Positions 47,877 through 57,129 of a stretch of DNA of 64,000 bases are shown here, piece by piece. The first letter of the stretch is position 1. Every line of letters begins with the position of its first letter. Under the pieces are notes generated by a model. It had not been told where the DNA came from and made no database searches. It saw only the letters and a program-made list of their open reading frames with translations. Origin of the DNA: a virus (Duplodnaviria > Caudoviricetes); IMG/VR virus record IMGVR_UViG_3300032320_001881, positions 38,994-102,993 of that record; one strand, written 5' to 3'. The translations under genes were made by a program, and so were the position numbers.

Positions 47877-47916
47877 CCAGGTCCGTCCTACCACCAATTT
47901 TAAACAAAATTGGAAA

Positions 47917-48298
47917 CTATAAAATTAATAAAAACACAATGGTTACTATAACCACGCCAATAGCAAAATTGTAATCTTGATTCATATTATTTGTAGTATT
48001 GAAATAAGATCATGAATGCTAAAAACACAGCAATAGCCCCGACTAAGGGCCATGGCATGTGGCTTTGACGCATTTCGTCAATAGTTTTCTTTATTTTCAT
48101 AGATATGTTCCTAAAAACCAAATTACAAATAATAAGGTAAGCCCGCCGGCTAAAATTTTGAGTGCGCCTATCTGGCGATCATTTTGTTCGGGAGTGCAAA
48201 GTCGTTTCCAATGTTTATTCATTATCAATCCATTCTTTCAATAAAATCATAGTATACAGTAAAATACCAACAACAAGTATCGCTAATATTATGCCCAT
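47917..48298 (-). other. Four tandem micro-ORFs encoding single-pass membrane peptides
   Basis: 48298-48215 (27 aa), 48222-48097 (41 aa), 48100-47987 (37 aa), 47985-47917 (22 aa); overlapping or abutting stops and starts. Confidence 0.55.
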
Positions 48299-48299
48299 G

Positions 48300-48470
48300 T
48301 TAGTTGTACCCTTTCACGTTTTTACCATCATGAATAGGATTGCCTCGTACTATTACATTTTCTAATTGTTGGGCACGATCACGCTCTGGGGGTAATGGAC
48401 CACAACCTAATCTATCCCACTCGCTTTGTGAGTAGTAATATCCTTCTACTGGTTTTTTGTTCTGTTCCAT
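48300..48470 (-). CDS. 56-aa hypothetical protein
   Basis: MEQNKKPVEGYYYSQSEWDRLGCG..; TAAATA-N5-ATG. Confidence 0.6.
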   Translation of the reverse strand: MEQNKKPVEGYYYSQSEWDRLGCGPLPPERDRAQQLENVIVRGNPIHDGKNVKGYN

Positions 48471-48485
48471 AAATTTATTTAGTCC

Positions 48486-48562
48486 TGGTGGGCCGTCTAG
48501 GATTCGAACCTAGCACCAAAGGATTATGAATCCTCTGCTCTAACCTAATGAGCTAACGGCCC
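48486..48562 (-). tRNA. tRNA with CAT anticodon, probably Ile2 (lysidine type)
   Basis: GGGCCGT/ACGGCCC-A-CCA, loop TTCATAA; Ile versus Met identity is inferred. Confidence 0.8.
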
Positions 48563-48583
48563 TATATTAATAATATAACATCT

Positions 48584-48952
48584 TCAATTATAATTGTCAA
48601 GAAACTTTTCCAAATCGCCGTATAAATTGGCTAATACTGCTTCTTTACTGCCAAAAAACACTACAGATTTTGGAATGCCTTTTGTTGCTATGATATAATA
48701 AGGCATTTGCAACTTTCTATCTAGCGCCAATATCATATGTTGATTAAATGTCATAGGATCTTTGATTTTGTATTCATAAAATTCTAAATCAAGATCTTTA
48801 GCCAATGCTCCCCACCCGGTAGAAGTTAGTCTTAACCCACCAGTTGGACGCACATTGTACCACCATAATACTTTAGCTGTATCCAAACTAATCCTTTTTC
48901 CTTCAGGAAGTTGTGATATTAATTTTTTTGTAAGTTTAATTTTATCACGCAC
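48584..48952 (-). CDS. Hypothetical phage protein
   Basis: 122 aa, GGLRLT.TG. Confidence 0.6.
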   Translation of the reverse strand: MRDKIKLTKKLISQLPEGKRISLDTAKVLWWYNVRPTGGLRLTSTGWGALAKDLDLEFYEYKIKDPMTFNQHMILALDRKLQMPYYIIATKGIPKSVVFFGSKEAVLANLYGDLEKFLDNYN

Positions 48953-48964
48953 AATAATATCATC

Positions 48965-49252
48965 TTAAGGATATATTTGTTCGCCTTGCTTGAGTAATAT
49001 TACGCTAAACTTATCAGTCTTAAATTGTATATTAAGTTTTTTAGCAAGATTAATTGCATGACCAGGATTACTAAAACTTACCTTTTTATATTTAGGCCCA
49101 GGATATTGAACTAATAAATTAGAAGTTTTAAGATTAACTGGTTTACTATCAAAATAAACAGCCCATACTCCTTCCGAAGCAAGTACTTGCTCGGTTTTGT
49201 ATGTTTGCTTGTTTGTAAGCTCTGCTAGGATCGTTGGCTTTGGTCTCGACAT
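48965..49252 (-). CDS. Hypothetical phage protein
   Basis: 95 aa; TAAATA upstream. Confidence 0.65.
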   Translation of the reverse strand: MSRPKPTILAELTNKQTYKTEQVLASEGVWAVYFDSKPVNLKTSNLLVQYPGPKYKKVSFSNPGHAINLAKKLNIQFKTDKFSVILLKQGEQIYP

Positions 49253-49282
49253 AGTATATTATTTATCCATAATATACTCATA

Positions 49283-49492
49283 TTAAAACTTCCCACCGTC
49301 AATTTTGACCTCAATAACCTCCTCAGTTTGGGCTTGTAATGCCGCTTGTTGAAAGGTTCTAAGTTCGAGTAGTAGTTCGGTTAAGTCGGCTGCCATACCT
49401 TTAGCATCTTTCATAGGCATGACAAAGTCCTTACCCCCTTTGGCATCATTGGCACGGACTCTTTCGATAAATTTTTGTAAGTGTATACTCAA
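49283..49492 (-). CDS. Hypothetical protein
   Basis: 69 aa in a coupled run. Confidence 0.6.
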   Translation of the reverse strand: MSIHLQKFIERVRANDAKGGKDFVMPMKDAKGMAADLTELLLELRTFQQAALQAQTEEVIEVKIDGGKF

Positions 49493-49863
49493 TGTTCTCT
49501 CTTTAAAAAGTTTTCTAATTTAGGTGGTTCCCACCCCTCTGGTTTAAGAATTTTACCATCATCGCGGCGTCGTACCTTGCCTAACTGTCGATCAATTTTA
49601 GCAAAATTGGTAGCCATTACTTCACGCCAAGCGCCCTCGCCATCTGCTCCTAAGGAGTTAATAGCACCAATGGTAACTACAATAATATCAATTAAAGCAT
49701 CTAATGTTTCAACTTTATCTTGATTAGCAATAGCTACACGAAGTTCTTCATATTCTTCTGTAATTAAATTGCAATACATTTTAAATTGTTCATCGTTCAT
49801 GCCTGATATTGTTTGTTCACAGGCGGTCATGAATTTATCTTGATCTCTGAATGGATTTGTCAT
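49489..49863 (-). CDS. MazG-like / PRA-PH-like NTP pyrophosphohydrolase
   Basis: LITEEYEE..DALID..NFAK..RDDGKILKP. Confidence 0.75.
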   Translation of the reverse strand: MTNPFRDQDKFMTACEQTISGMNDEQFKMYCNLITEEYEELRVAIANQDKVETLDALIDIIVVTIGAINSLGADGEGAWREVMATNFAKIDRQLGKVRRRDDGKILKPEGWEPPKLENFLKREH

Positions 49864-50309
49864 TTAGGTTGTGCCTCTTCTTCAGTTAGGAATGGTCCCT
49901 TGTAAGGGTATCGTTGTAAAACGATTAATTTAGGATCTTGTTGGGCATGCCAGTGTCGTCCTTGTCTAACGGTATACCAACCGGCCGCATACCAAGATTT
50001 ACTTTTCTTTGTTTTGGTATAGACTGGTAGCTTTTGTGGAACGTCCCACATAGGATTAAACACTCTACCAGCAGCTGGATAGCCATGTACTATATTAGTA
50101 ATTTTTTTCTTTAATGTTTTGATAGCTGGTTCAAAATGTACATTAATATTACGTTCGACTAGTTTAATAGTTTTATATTGCGCTACTACTTGATTATTAA
50201 TTTTGACTTGATACCCACCATCACAAGCTTCAATATTTCCTACTTTATTATTATTTTCTTGTAAAATCCAAAATTGTTTATCGATTACTGGTTTAGCTAC
50301 TAAACTCAT
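49860..50309 (-). CDS. Hypothetical phage protein
   Basis: 149 aa. Confidence 0.6.
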   Translation of the reverse strand: MSLVAKPVIDKQFWILQENNNKVGNIEACDGGYQVKINNQVVAQYKTIKLVERNINVHFEPAIKTLKKKITNIVHGYPAAGRVFNPMWDVPQKLPVYTKTKKSKSWYAAGWYTVRQGRHWHAQQDPKLIVLQRYPYKGPFLTEEEAQPK

Positions 50310-50330
50310 TCACTACTCCTTTTTTTTTGA

Positions 50331-51332
50331 TTAGCCATTTAATACACCTTTGTAAGTTTCGTTTAACCAACTACCAAAGGATTCTGCTGTCTCGCTGCAT
50401 TTATTCAATTCGTATTTGCCACAGAATTGTAAAAATCTCACTCCTACTTGGCCTACATCTTTGTGACTAATTTGTTCGCGGATAGCAGCATCTACTATCG
50501 ATTTTACTTCCTCGGGTTGCGCTGTTAAGTCTACTAATGTTACATTGCGGATATAATCATCTAATACGCGATGCTCTACACCGTCTGGATCTGTCCAACG
50601 TTGTAGCATCATATTGTTCCAGTTATATCCTTTTTTGTCTTTGTCTTCAAATGCTTCTTGGAGGCCAACCTTGTTTTTAGTTCCTTTCGTCCGGACGCCG
50701 GGGTAGGCCGAGAACACATTATCCGACGAGTCGCCGCGCATGCACTTTTCGAACAATAACCATTCTGGATCAGGTATCTGCTTGGGTTCTTTAGACTTCT
50801 TATCAATGACTGGTTTACCTTTGGCGTCGAATATTCCTTCTACAGTATGTAATTCGTCAGTAATTCCATTGTACTGCTTTACATTTTTTGCTAATAATTG
50901 AACAAAATCAGTATCACTACTAATAATGACATGTTCATCTTGTGGATGTAATGCTATCCAACGAGCTATAATATCATCACCCTCTGCCGTCGGGCATTTT
51001 ATTACGCTACAATTGGTCTTTTCGGACAAGTATTTAGTCAGGGAATCATATGTATCCCAAAACATTTTATCTTCTTCTATTTCTGCCTCTGTAAGGGCTT
51101 GTCTAGCTACAGTACGGTTAGCTTTGTACGGTTTGTAAAAGTCCTTACGCCAACTGCGGCCTTCTAAAGCAAAAACTACATGATCCGCTTCAAATCTTCG
51201 GGCCATTTTATTGGCAGCCATAAGGGTAACATGGAGAGCGAAACCTACTTTTTCCCAAGTATCTGCGGCGCGAAATGCCCCATGTCTGGCACGAAAGAAA
51301 AGGTTAGCTGTATCTATAAGAACATATTTCAT
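50331..51332 (-). CDS. T4 RNase H-like 5'-3' exonuclease/flap nuclease
   Basis: LIDTAN, WRK..YKANR, EGDD, SSDTDF.QL, GDSSDN. Confidence 0.85.
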   Translation of the reverse strand: MKYVLIDTANLFFRARHGAFRAADTWEKVGFALHVTLMAANKMARRFEADHVVFALEGRSWRKDFYKPYKANRTVARQALTEAEIEEDKMFWDTYDSLTKYLSEKTNCSVIKCPTAEGDDIIARWIALHPQDEHVIISSDTDFVQLLAKNVKQYNGITDELHTVEGIFDAKGKPVIDKKSKEPKQIPDPEWLLFEKCMRGDSSDNVFSAYPGVRTKGTKNKVGLQEAFEDKDKKGYNWNNMMLQRWTDPDGVEHRVLDDYIRNVTLVDLTAQPEEVKSIVDAAIREQISHKDVGQVGVRFLQFCGKYELNKCSETAESFGSWLNETYKGVLNG

Positions 51333-51363
51333 ACAAACAGTATAGCAGGAATTGTATTAAATG

Positions 51364-51906
51364 TCAAATGAATTTGTGGGAAATAATATAATTTATAAGA
51401 AAACGGTTCCAAACAGAATGACCGTCTTTTCCAAAATGTTTGGAATTTGGAGAAACAGTATCAATTTTTTCATCCAAAATATAATTTTCGTATGGTACTC
51501 TGATAAAACAATTATTCCAATCTCGATCTAAACTAAAAGTTTGATTATTATTAAAAAATATATGTTTGATATTTTGAGATAGTAATTCCTGATGAAATTT
51601 GAAAATCTTATCTTCGTCCTCGGCACTAGCTGGCCATTGTATAATTATTAAATCAGCGGAGCCTTTTTCTTTAATATATTTTTTTGTATCTTCGAGTATT
51701 TTATCTACAGTATTGTCTGAATAAGCAGCACAATGAAATGCTACTTTAAGAGACAAGCTCAACATTTTCCCCCAACTTACTGCTAAGTTTTCAGGATGCG
51801 GTAATTTTCCAAGATGTACCAATCTTGAGTCTTCACCGGCTACAATATATTGATTAACTGCCTCGGCGGCAGTGGTATGACTGTCACCGTTTACATATAG
51901 CATCAT
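51364..51906 (-). CDS. SGNH-like hypothetical protein
   Basis: NGDSHT N-terminus, C-terminal HF..GH. Confidence 0.45.
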   Translation of the reverse strand: MMLYVNGDSHTTAAEAVNQYIVAGEDSRLVHLGKLPHPENLAVSWGKMLSLSLKVAFHCAAYSDNTVDKILEDTKKYIKEKGSADLIIIQWPASAEDEDKIFKFHQELLSQNIKHIFFNNNQTFSLDRDWNNCFIRVPYENYILDEKIDTVSPNSKHFGKDGHSVWNRFLINYIISHKFI

Positions 51907-52379
51907 TTTTGATTGAGTACCTTAAAAGTTTCTGCTTCTGCTACTCGCTTTCGTAGACTGCTAGAACTAAAAGAATGATCTCGACTGTTGAATATACATT
52001 CAATACCACGACGATAGCATTCGCCTTTTCCAGTAAATTCTTTATCTTCGTACTCAACGCCTAGTATTCTAACATCGATAGGAAGAATTAATAATAAATC
52101 AATTAAGTCTTGCTCCGTTTGATATACTACAACTTCATCTACATATCGGCAAGCGGCTAGTTGTATCTGTCGCTCTACAATACTTTGAACAGGTTTGTTT
52201 TTAGTATCTGGGCGATCAATAGTAGGATCTGTTTGTAAACCACAAATTAAATAATCGCAATGATTCTTAGCTTCGGCTAGCATAGCAATATGGCCAGCAT
52301 GCAACATGTCGAAAGTCGAAAAGGTAATGCCAATTTTTTTACCTTCTTCGGTTAAACGACGAACATGATTGAATATCAA
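51903..52379 (-). CDS. Cytidylyltransferase (TagD-like)
   Basis: FDMLHAGH, R..FSSS. Confidence 0.85.
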   Translation of the reverse strand: MIFNHVRRLTEEGKKIGITFSTFDMLHAGHIAMLAEAKNHCDYLICGLQTDPTIDRPDTKNKPVQSIVERQIQLAACRYVDEVVVYQTEQDLIDLLLILPIDVRILGVEYEDKEFTGKGECYRRGIECIFNSRDHSFSSSSLRKRVAEAETFKVLNQK

Positions 52380-52765
52380 CTTACTTCACTCCTGCCATCG
52401 CCCATATCGCGAGTCTTAACTACACGATTGTTCATTGCTTCGTATTGCTCTGCTGTTTCTAATACTACATTACGACACACAGCGGTAAACCAACGGTCAA
52501 TAATATCAGCATCAGTATCTTTTGAACTCATCATATAACCATGTCTGACTAAATCAGCGATCATCTTATCGTTCCAATCAAATTCAAATGCGCCAGAGTT
52601 GATATCATCGGGATTGATGTCCATACTTAAAATTTCAAAATATGGTTCACCTTTCTCTGTAGCAATTTGTTTAGCTGATTTAACTTGGGCTTCTGCTACT
52701 TCCGCAATTTGTTTCTTTTTAAAAAGACCTTTTAATTTTTCTAACATTTTAAGTTCCCCACTCAT
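52376..52765 (-). CDS. Hypothetical phage protein
   Basis: 129 aa. Confidence 0.6.
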   Translation of the reverse strand: MSGELKMLEKLKGLFKKKQIAEVAEAQVKSAKQIATEKGEPYFEILSMDINPDDINSGAFEFDWNDKMIADLVRHGYMMSSKDTDADIIDRWFTAVCRNVVLETAEQYEAMNNRVVKTRDMGDGRSEVS

Positions 52766-53603
52766 TTTTAAACAAGGGTACCTGTAGTCGGTCGCTATAT
52801 CTTAATCCATTTGACATAGCTAGTTCTGCTACACGACGATTATTTAAGATATATACACTTTCTACACCACCGACAGGCATTAAGTACACTGGGCCTTTAA
52901 ATCCGGCTGTTTGATAAATTTGTGTTACAGTTAGTGCTTCTTCTGCATCTTCTTCAGTAGATACAACAAACTTTAAATAAGTGTACCCTACATCCTGATA
53001 ATCGCAAATAACTTCGGGCATAATAGCATCTTCGCGCAACTCACCAGAACAACTTAATTTAGCACTAACAGAAAATGTAACTTGTCTAGGTTTACCTACT
53101 CCGTCTAATTGCCAATTAATTAAGAATTTTTTAAAATCTTCGCTTAATTTTTGAGTACCGTTAGTTTCGAATGTAATCTCACGCAAATTTGACATAAGCG
53201 GATGATTTAATAAATCTGGATAAGCTCGCTGCCATCCTAGTAATGGTTCCCCTCCGGTAATTACTAAATGCTCGGTACCCCATTCTCCAAATGGGAGTAT
53301 TTCCATAATTCGTTCAGCAATAAGATCTGTTTCTAATAGTGGACTTAAATTCTTAAAGCGTGGGTCCCAACTAGCATAGCTATCACAACCTGTGCTAACT
53401 AAAGGCAACTCTTCATATTTGTTATACATATGAACAATTTCGGCAATGTCTTCTACTTCTGTGCTAATTTGACCTTTTGGCATACCAAACCCAGCACACT
53501 TAAAGTTACAACCAAATGTGCGTAAAAAGACAGAAGGCACGCCCATATAGCGCCCTTCGCCTTGAATACTATAAAATAATTCAGCTACTTTTAATTTGCT
53601 CAT
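52749..53603 (-). CDS. queE: 7-carboxy-7-deazaguanine synthase QueE
   Basis: ELFYSIQGEG, FLRTFGCNFKC, ITGGEPL, ETNGT. Confidence 0.85.
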   Translation of the reverse strand: MSKLKVAELFYSIQGEGRYMGVPSVFLRTFGCNFKCAGFGMPKGQISTEVEDIAEIVHMYNKYEELPLVSTGCDSYASWDPRFKNLSPLLETDLIAERIMEILPFGEWGTEHLVITGGEPLLGWQRAYPDLLNHPLMSNLREITFETNGTQKLSEDFKKFLINWQLDGVGKPRQVTFSVSAKLSCSGELREDAIMPEVICDYQDVGYTYLKFVVSTEEDAEEALTVTQIYQTAGFKGPVYLMPVGGVESVYILNNRRVAELAMSNGLRYSDRLQVPLFKNEWGT

Positions 53604-53727
53604 TTTTTGCCTTTATTTTATCCTTTGCTATAGTATTATAATCGTTGAGTTTATGATAACCCAGTTTATAACAAGTACAATGTTTTCCTAATATCCAGCG
53701 GGCTAATGCTATCCTTAATTTAATCAT
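53581..53727 (-). CDS. 48-aa hypothetical protein
   Basis: MIKLRIALARWILGKHCTCY..; coupled between neighbours. Confidence 0.4.
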   Translation of the reverse strand: MIKLRIALARWILGKHCTCYKLGYHKLNDYNTIAKDKIKAKNEQIKSS

Positions 53728-53887
53728 TTATAAGATTCCCGGTTGTAGCATTAATTTTTAAGCCGGCTTCGTTTATAAAATAAGGTTGACACATTTTTTC
53801 ACCATCCCATTTTTGTCCGCACCAGCACTCACCTTCGGAATTAATAATACAGGTTCCACTACCGCAACATCGATTATCTTCTGTCAT
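53720..53887 (-). CDS. 55-aa Cys-rich peptide
   Basis: MTEDNRCCGSGTCIINSEGECWCGQKWDGEKMC.. Confidence 0.55.
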   Translation of the reverse strand: MTEDNRCCGSGTCIINSEGECWCGQKWDGEKMCQPYFINEAGLKINATTGNLIND

Positions 53888-54401
53888 TTGCCCACCAATT
53901 TTCCCACGGAAAGACGATCCACTGATCTTCTTCAGACTTGTTTATTGTAACACTAGAATATGTTATGTCAAGCTCAGATTGGCTTGCTTCGTTATCATAC
54001 AAGACTGCCACCTTAACATTTTCCCCCCAAACATCATCGATCCAACGCTCATCATTAGGGTAACAACTTGTTTGCCAATCCTGTTTAATCCAATTTAATG
54101 TAGCACCAGAATCGTTGATATCATCAACTATAAGAATCTTTTTGCCACCAGTTTCATTGTTACCAAAAGCTTCTTCAGCCATCCATAAATTACTTTCTGG
54201 TTGGCTGTTGTCGTCACGCAAACTTACTTTAAGAGTTTCCATGGGGACTTCTAAATATTGGCTAATAAGATTAGCCGGAACTAGTCCACCGCGGGTAAGG
54301 CCAACTACATAATCTGGAAGCCAGGCATCTTGTTGAATTTGGCGCAAGATTTCTTGAGTGTGTCCCTCAACTTCTTGCCAACTTACAAATACTTTTTTCA
54401 T
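53874..54401 (-). CDS. Type I phosphoribosyltransferase (xanthine-guanine PRT-like)
   Basis: TRGGLVPA, LIVDDINDSGATL, WIVFPWE. Confidence 0.85.
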   Translation of the reverse strand: MKKVFVSWQEVEGHTQEILRQIQQDAWLPDYVVGLTRGGLVPANLISQYLEVPMETLKVSLRDDNSQPESNLWMAEEAFGNNETGGKKILIVDDINDSGATLNWIKQDWQTSCYPNDERWIDDVWGENVKVAVLYDNEASQSELDITYSSVTINKSEEDQWIVFPWENWWANDRR

Positions 54402-54456
54402 TTTGTTCCTATAGAGTAGAGTATTTAGACATTATACACTATCTATAGGAATTTTG

Positions 54457-55356
54457 TCAACTAAGGATTTGCCGAATACCCTCTTCAAAACTCATGGGGC
54501 AGTAATTGGGCATAATGGAACGAAGTTTACTTATGTCTGGGCGGCGATTAGCTACAGATCCAGGCATACTTGGTAGCTGTTCAAATTGAGCGTCTGGATG
54601 TCCCATAACTGTAGCAATAATTTTAACAGCTTCGCCGATTGATATCTCGCGGTCGTTTCCTACATTAACCAATTCGCGATTACAATTTTCAGCTACATAG
54701 ATGCTAGCACGAATAGCATCGCTGACATGACAAAAACTACGAGTTTCTTGTGATCCAATTACCGAAAATACACCATTTTTAATTTTGTTAATTTGGTCGC
54801 CCAAGAAGTGTCCTTGTTTGCTATTTTCGCCGTACACATTAAAATATCGTATCATAACATAAGGTAAGTCTGAATTAGCCAAATAGTTTTCAGAAGTAAT
54901 TTTGGCTAAACGATAACTCCAACGAGCATTATGAATATCCTTAATAAAGACATTTTCGTTTTCCGGCACTGGGCTTGTAGGATCGTCTGCTACGACTTCG
55001 CTCGAACTAGCATATACTAATCGTTTTAAGTTTTTACATTTTGCCGCAAACTCGAAAATGTTAATATCTGAAATAAAGTTATTAGTCAACACTTTGTTAG
55101 GCATTTTGTAAAAATTAGTGGTACCATTGATAGCACCATAGTGATAAATGTAATCAAAGTCTGTTGGTAATTCTACATAACCTGTAAAACTACCGTTATT
55201 TAACAAATCCATCTTAATCCATTTATCGCAAGGAGGTATTGTAGTGCTCCTACTATGATTATCTATAGCCCAAACTTCATGTCCAGCATCTTTCAGTTGG
55301 CGGCAGAATTCTGTGCCTAATAATCCGCTAGCACCAGTTATAAGTATTTTACTCAT
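54457..55356 (-). CDS. NAD-dependent epimerase/dehydratase (or NDP-uronate decarboxylase)
   Basis: TGASGLLG, ASSSEV, YRLAK. Confidence 0.85.
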   Translation of the reverse strand: MSKILITGASGLLGTEFCRQLKDAGHEVWAIDNHSRSTTIPPCDKWIKMDLLNNGSFTGYVELPTDFDYIYHYGAINGTTNFYKMPNKVLTNNFISDINIFEFAAKCKNLKRLVYASSSEVVADDPTSPVPENENVFIKDIHNARWSYRLAKITSENYLANSDLPYVMIRYFNVYGENSKQGHFLGDQINKIKNGVFSVIGSQETRSFCHVSDAIRASIYVAENCNRELVNVGNDREISIGEAVKIIATVMGHPDAQFEQLPSMPGSVANRRPDISKLRSIMPNYCPMSFEEGIRQILS

Positions 55357-56126
55357 TTGGATAAACCTTCATTATCTTTCTGTATAGCATCAATCATAGA
55401 ATAATTTAAACCTAGATTTTTCACTAAATTAGCCCAAGCACTTGTGTCTTTAGGCAAACAATGTCCGCCAAAGCCGCGTAAATTTTCGTTACACATTAAA
55501 TATGCTGGATTGAAACATTCACGTTTAATAATAGCCTCGTAAACATTATTATAATCTACTCCTAATGCTTTACATACATCATATGCGATATTCGCAAAAA
55601 TAATCTGTGCTGAATGATTTACATTATTAAAATATTTAATAACTTCTGCTTCTGCTGGCTTAACGCATGCGACATTTTTTGGCAATTTTCCATGGATAGC
55701 TTTAACAATGATAAAATCCTCGTCGCGATTACTACCAATTACTAACAAATCATGATTATACATAAAATCTGCTAATGCGGTCTTTGCCCGCAGAAATTCT
55801 GGAACTGAGCAGATACGCAAATTAGGATATCGATTTGATAATTTATCACAGGTTCCGGGAACACAAGTACTTTTCAGACCAACTAATCCTTTATACCCAG
55901 CATCATTTAGCTGACCGACTACTTTTTCTACAATACTTGTATCACAATCACCATTGTCTGCTTGATTAGTCGGTACGCAAATGAATACACACTCTGAATC
56001 TAATACATCATCAAGGGTTGAACCTTCGTACGCTGGGTCAAAAAAACTCATTTGATGACCTAAATGGTTTAATCCTTCATATACTGCTTTACCTACTGTG
56101 CCTTTACCTATAAGACCAATCTTCAT
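55353..56126 (-). CDS. UDP-glucose/GDP-mannose dehydrogenase family protein
   Basis: GKGTVG, CVPT, PEFLR, GFGGHCLPKD. Confidence 0.85.
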   Translation of the reverse strand: MKIGLIGKGTVGKAVYEGLNHLGHQMSFFDPAYEGSTLDDVLDSECVFICVPTNQADNGDCDTSIVEKVVGQLNDAGYKGLVGLKSTCVPGTCDKLSNRYPNLRICSVPEFLRAKTALADFMYNHDLLVIGSNRDEDFIIVKAIHGKLPKNVACVKPAEAEVIKYFNNVNHSAQIIFANIAYDVCKALGVDYNNVYEAIIKRECFNPAYLMCNENLRGFGGHCLPKDTSAWANLVKNLGLNYSMIDAIQKDNEGLSK

Positions 56127-56735
56127 TTAATTCTCCTCTGGATAGTTCATATCAACAAGTTGATTACTCTTGCTTGATGCCATACTTAATATTTCTTGTG
56201 CTACATCTTGTGGCGCTAAACAAATAGCTGATGTTGTCATATCTATCATTTTGGTGCGTGTTCGTACTGGATTAATCAATCCTAAAGTAATACTATGACC
56301 TTTAAAGTATTCACATGCTCCTTGCCATACATTATATAGTGCTGCTTTACTGGCCGCGTATAAAATGTAGTCCTTACGCCCTGACTTGTAAGCACTTGAT
56401 CCTACCATAATAATCTTAATAGGTTTTTGCGTTTTAGCATACATATAATAACGAATAATTGACCAATTAGAACCGACATTAATATCAAAAGTATTAGAGT
56501 GTGTTTCAGAATTTGATTTATCAAAATGCCCGACACAATTTACTACAACATCTGGATTTGTTTGTGTTAATATAGACTCCACTTCAGCAGGACTTGTACT
56601 ATAAAGAAAATTAACAGAGTTTTTATCCACCGGAATAACATTATAGCCTGCTTTATCAAAAGCATTAACTGTTGCTTCGCCAATGCCGCCGTTAGATCCA
56701 AATACTACTACGTTTTTAGTCATGCTTTGGGACAA
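56127..56735 (-). CDS. Short-chain dehydrogenase/reductase
   Basis: GSNGGIG, YAASK. Confidence 0.8.
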   Translation of the reverse strand: MSQSMTKNVVVFGSNGGIGEATVNAFDKAGYNVIPVDKNSVNFLYSTSPAEVESILTQTNPDVVVNCVGHFDKSNSETHSNTFDINVGSNWSIIRYYMYAKTQKPIKIIMVGSSAYKSGRKDYILYAASKAALYNVWQGACEYFKGHSITLGLINPVRTRTKMIDMTTSAICLAPQDVAQEILSMASSKSNQLVDMNYPEEN

Positions 56736-57129
56736 TTGAATCTACGCGGTATGTATCGTTTTCATAATCTTCGCCGCCTCTAGGACCTTCGGCAAACGCA
56801 AGAAAAACGCAACCATCATCACCGGCAACCATACCATGAATTTCATTAGGCTCGCTAATAATCATATCACCGGGGCCTGCTGTAATAGAATTGGCAACTT
56901 CTTCGCTATCCAAGTGCTTAGAATAATAATGTAAAGTGCCTGCTAGTACATATGTGTACTGTGTAGTTTGTTTATGATAATGATTAGCACGAACCGCTCC
57001 TGGGGCATTAGTAATAATACAAGCATGATTCATATTTGCTTTATAAAAAATATCAGTAATAGACCCACGGTCATCAGAAAACTTACCTAAACCTTCTTCG
57101 TTGTTATCGTAAATGTTATAATGTTTCAT
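56716..57129 (-). CDS. Cupin, NDP-sugar isomerase/epimerase-like
   Basis: DDRGSI, VRANHYH, PNEIH. Confidence 0.7.
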   Translation of the reverse strand: MKHYNIYDNNEEGLGKFSDDRGSITDIFYKANMNHACIITNAPGAVRANHYHKQTTQYTYVLAGTLHYYSKHLDSEEVANSITAGPGDMIISEPNEIHGMVAGDDGCVFLAFAEGPRGGEDYENDTYRVDSIVPKHD

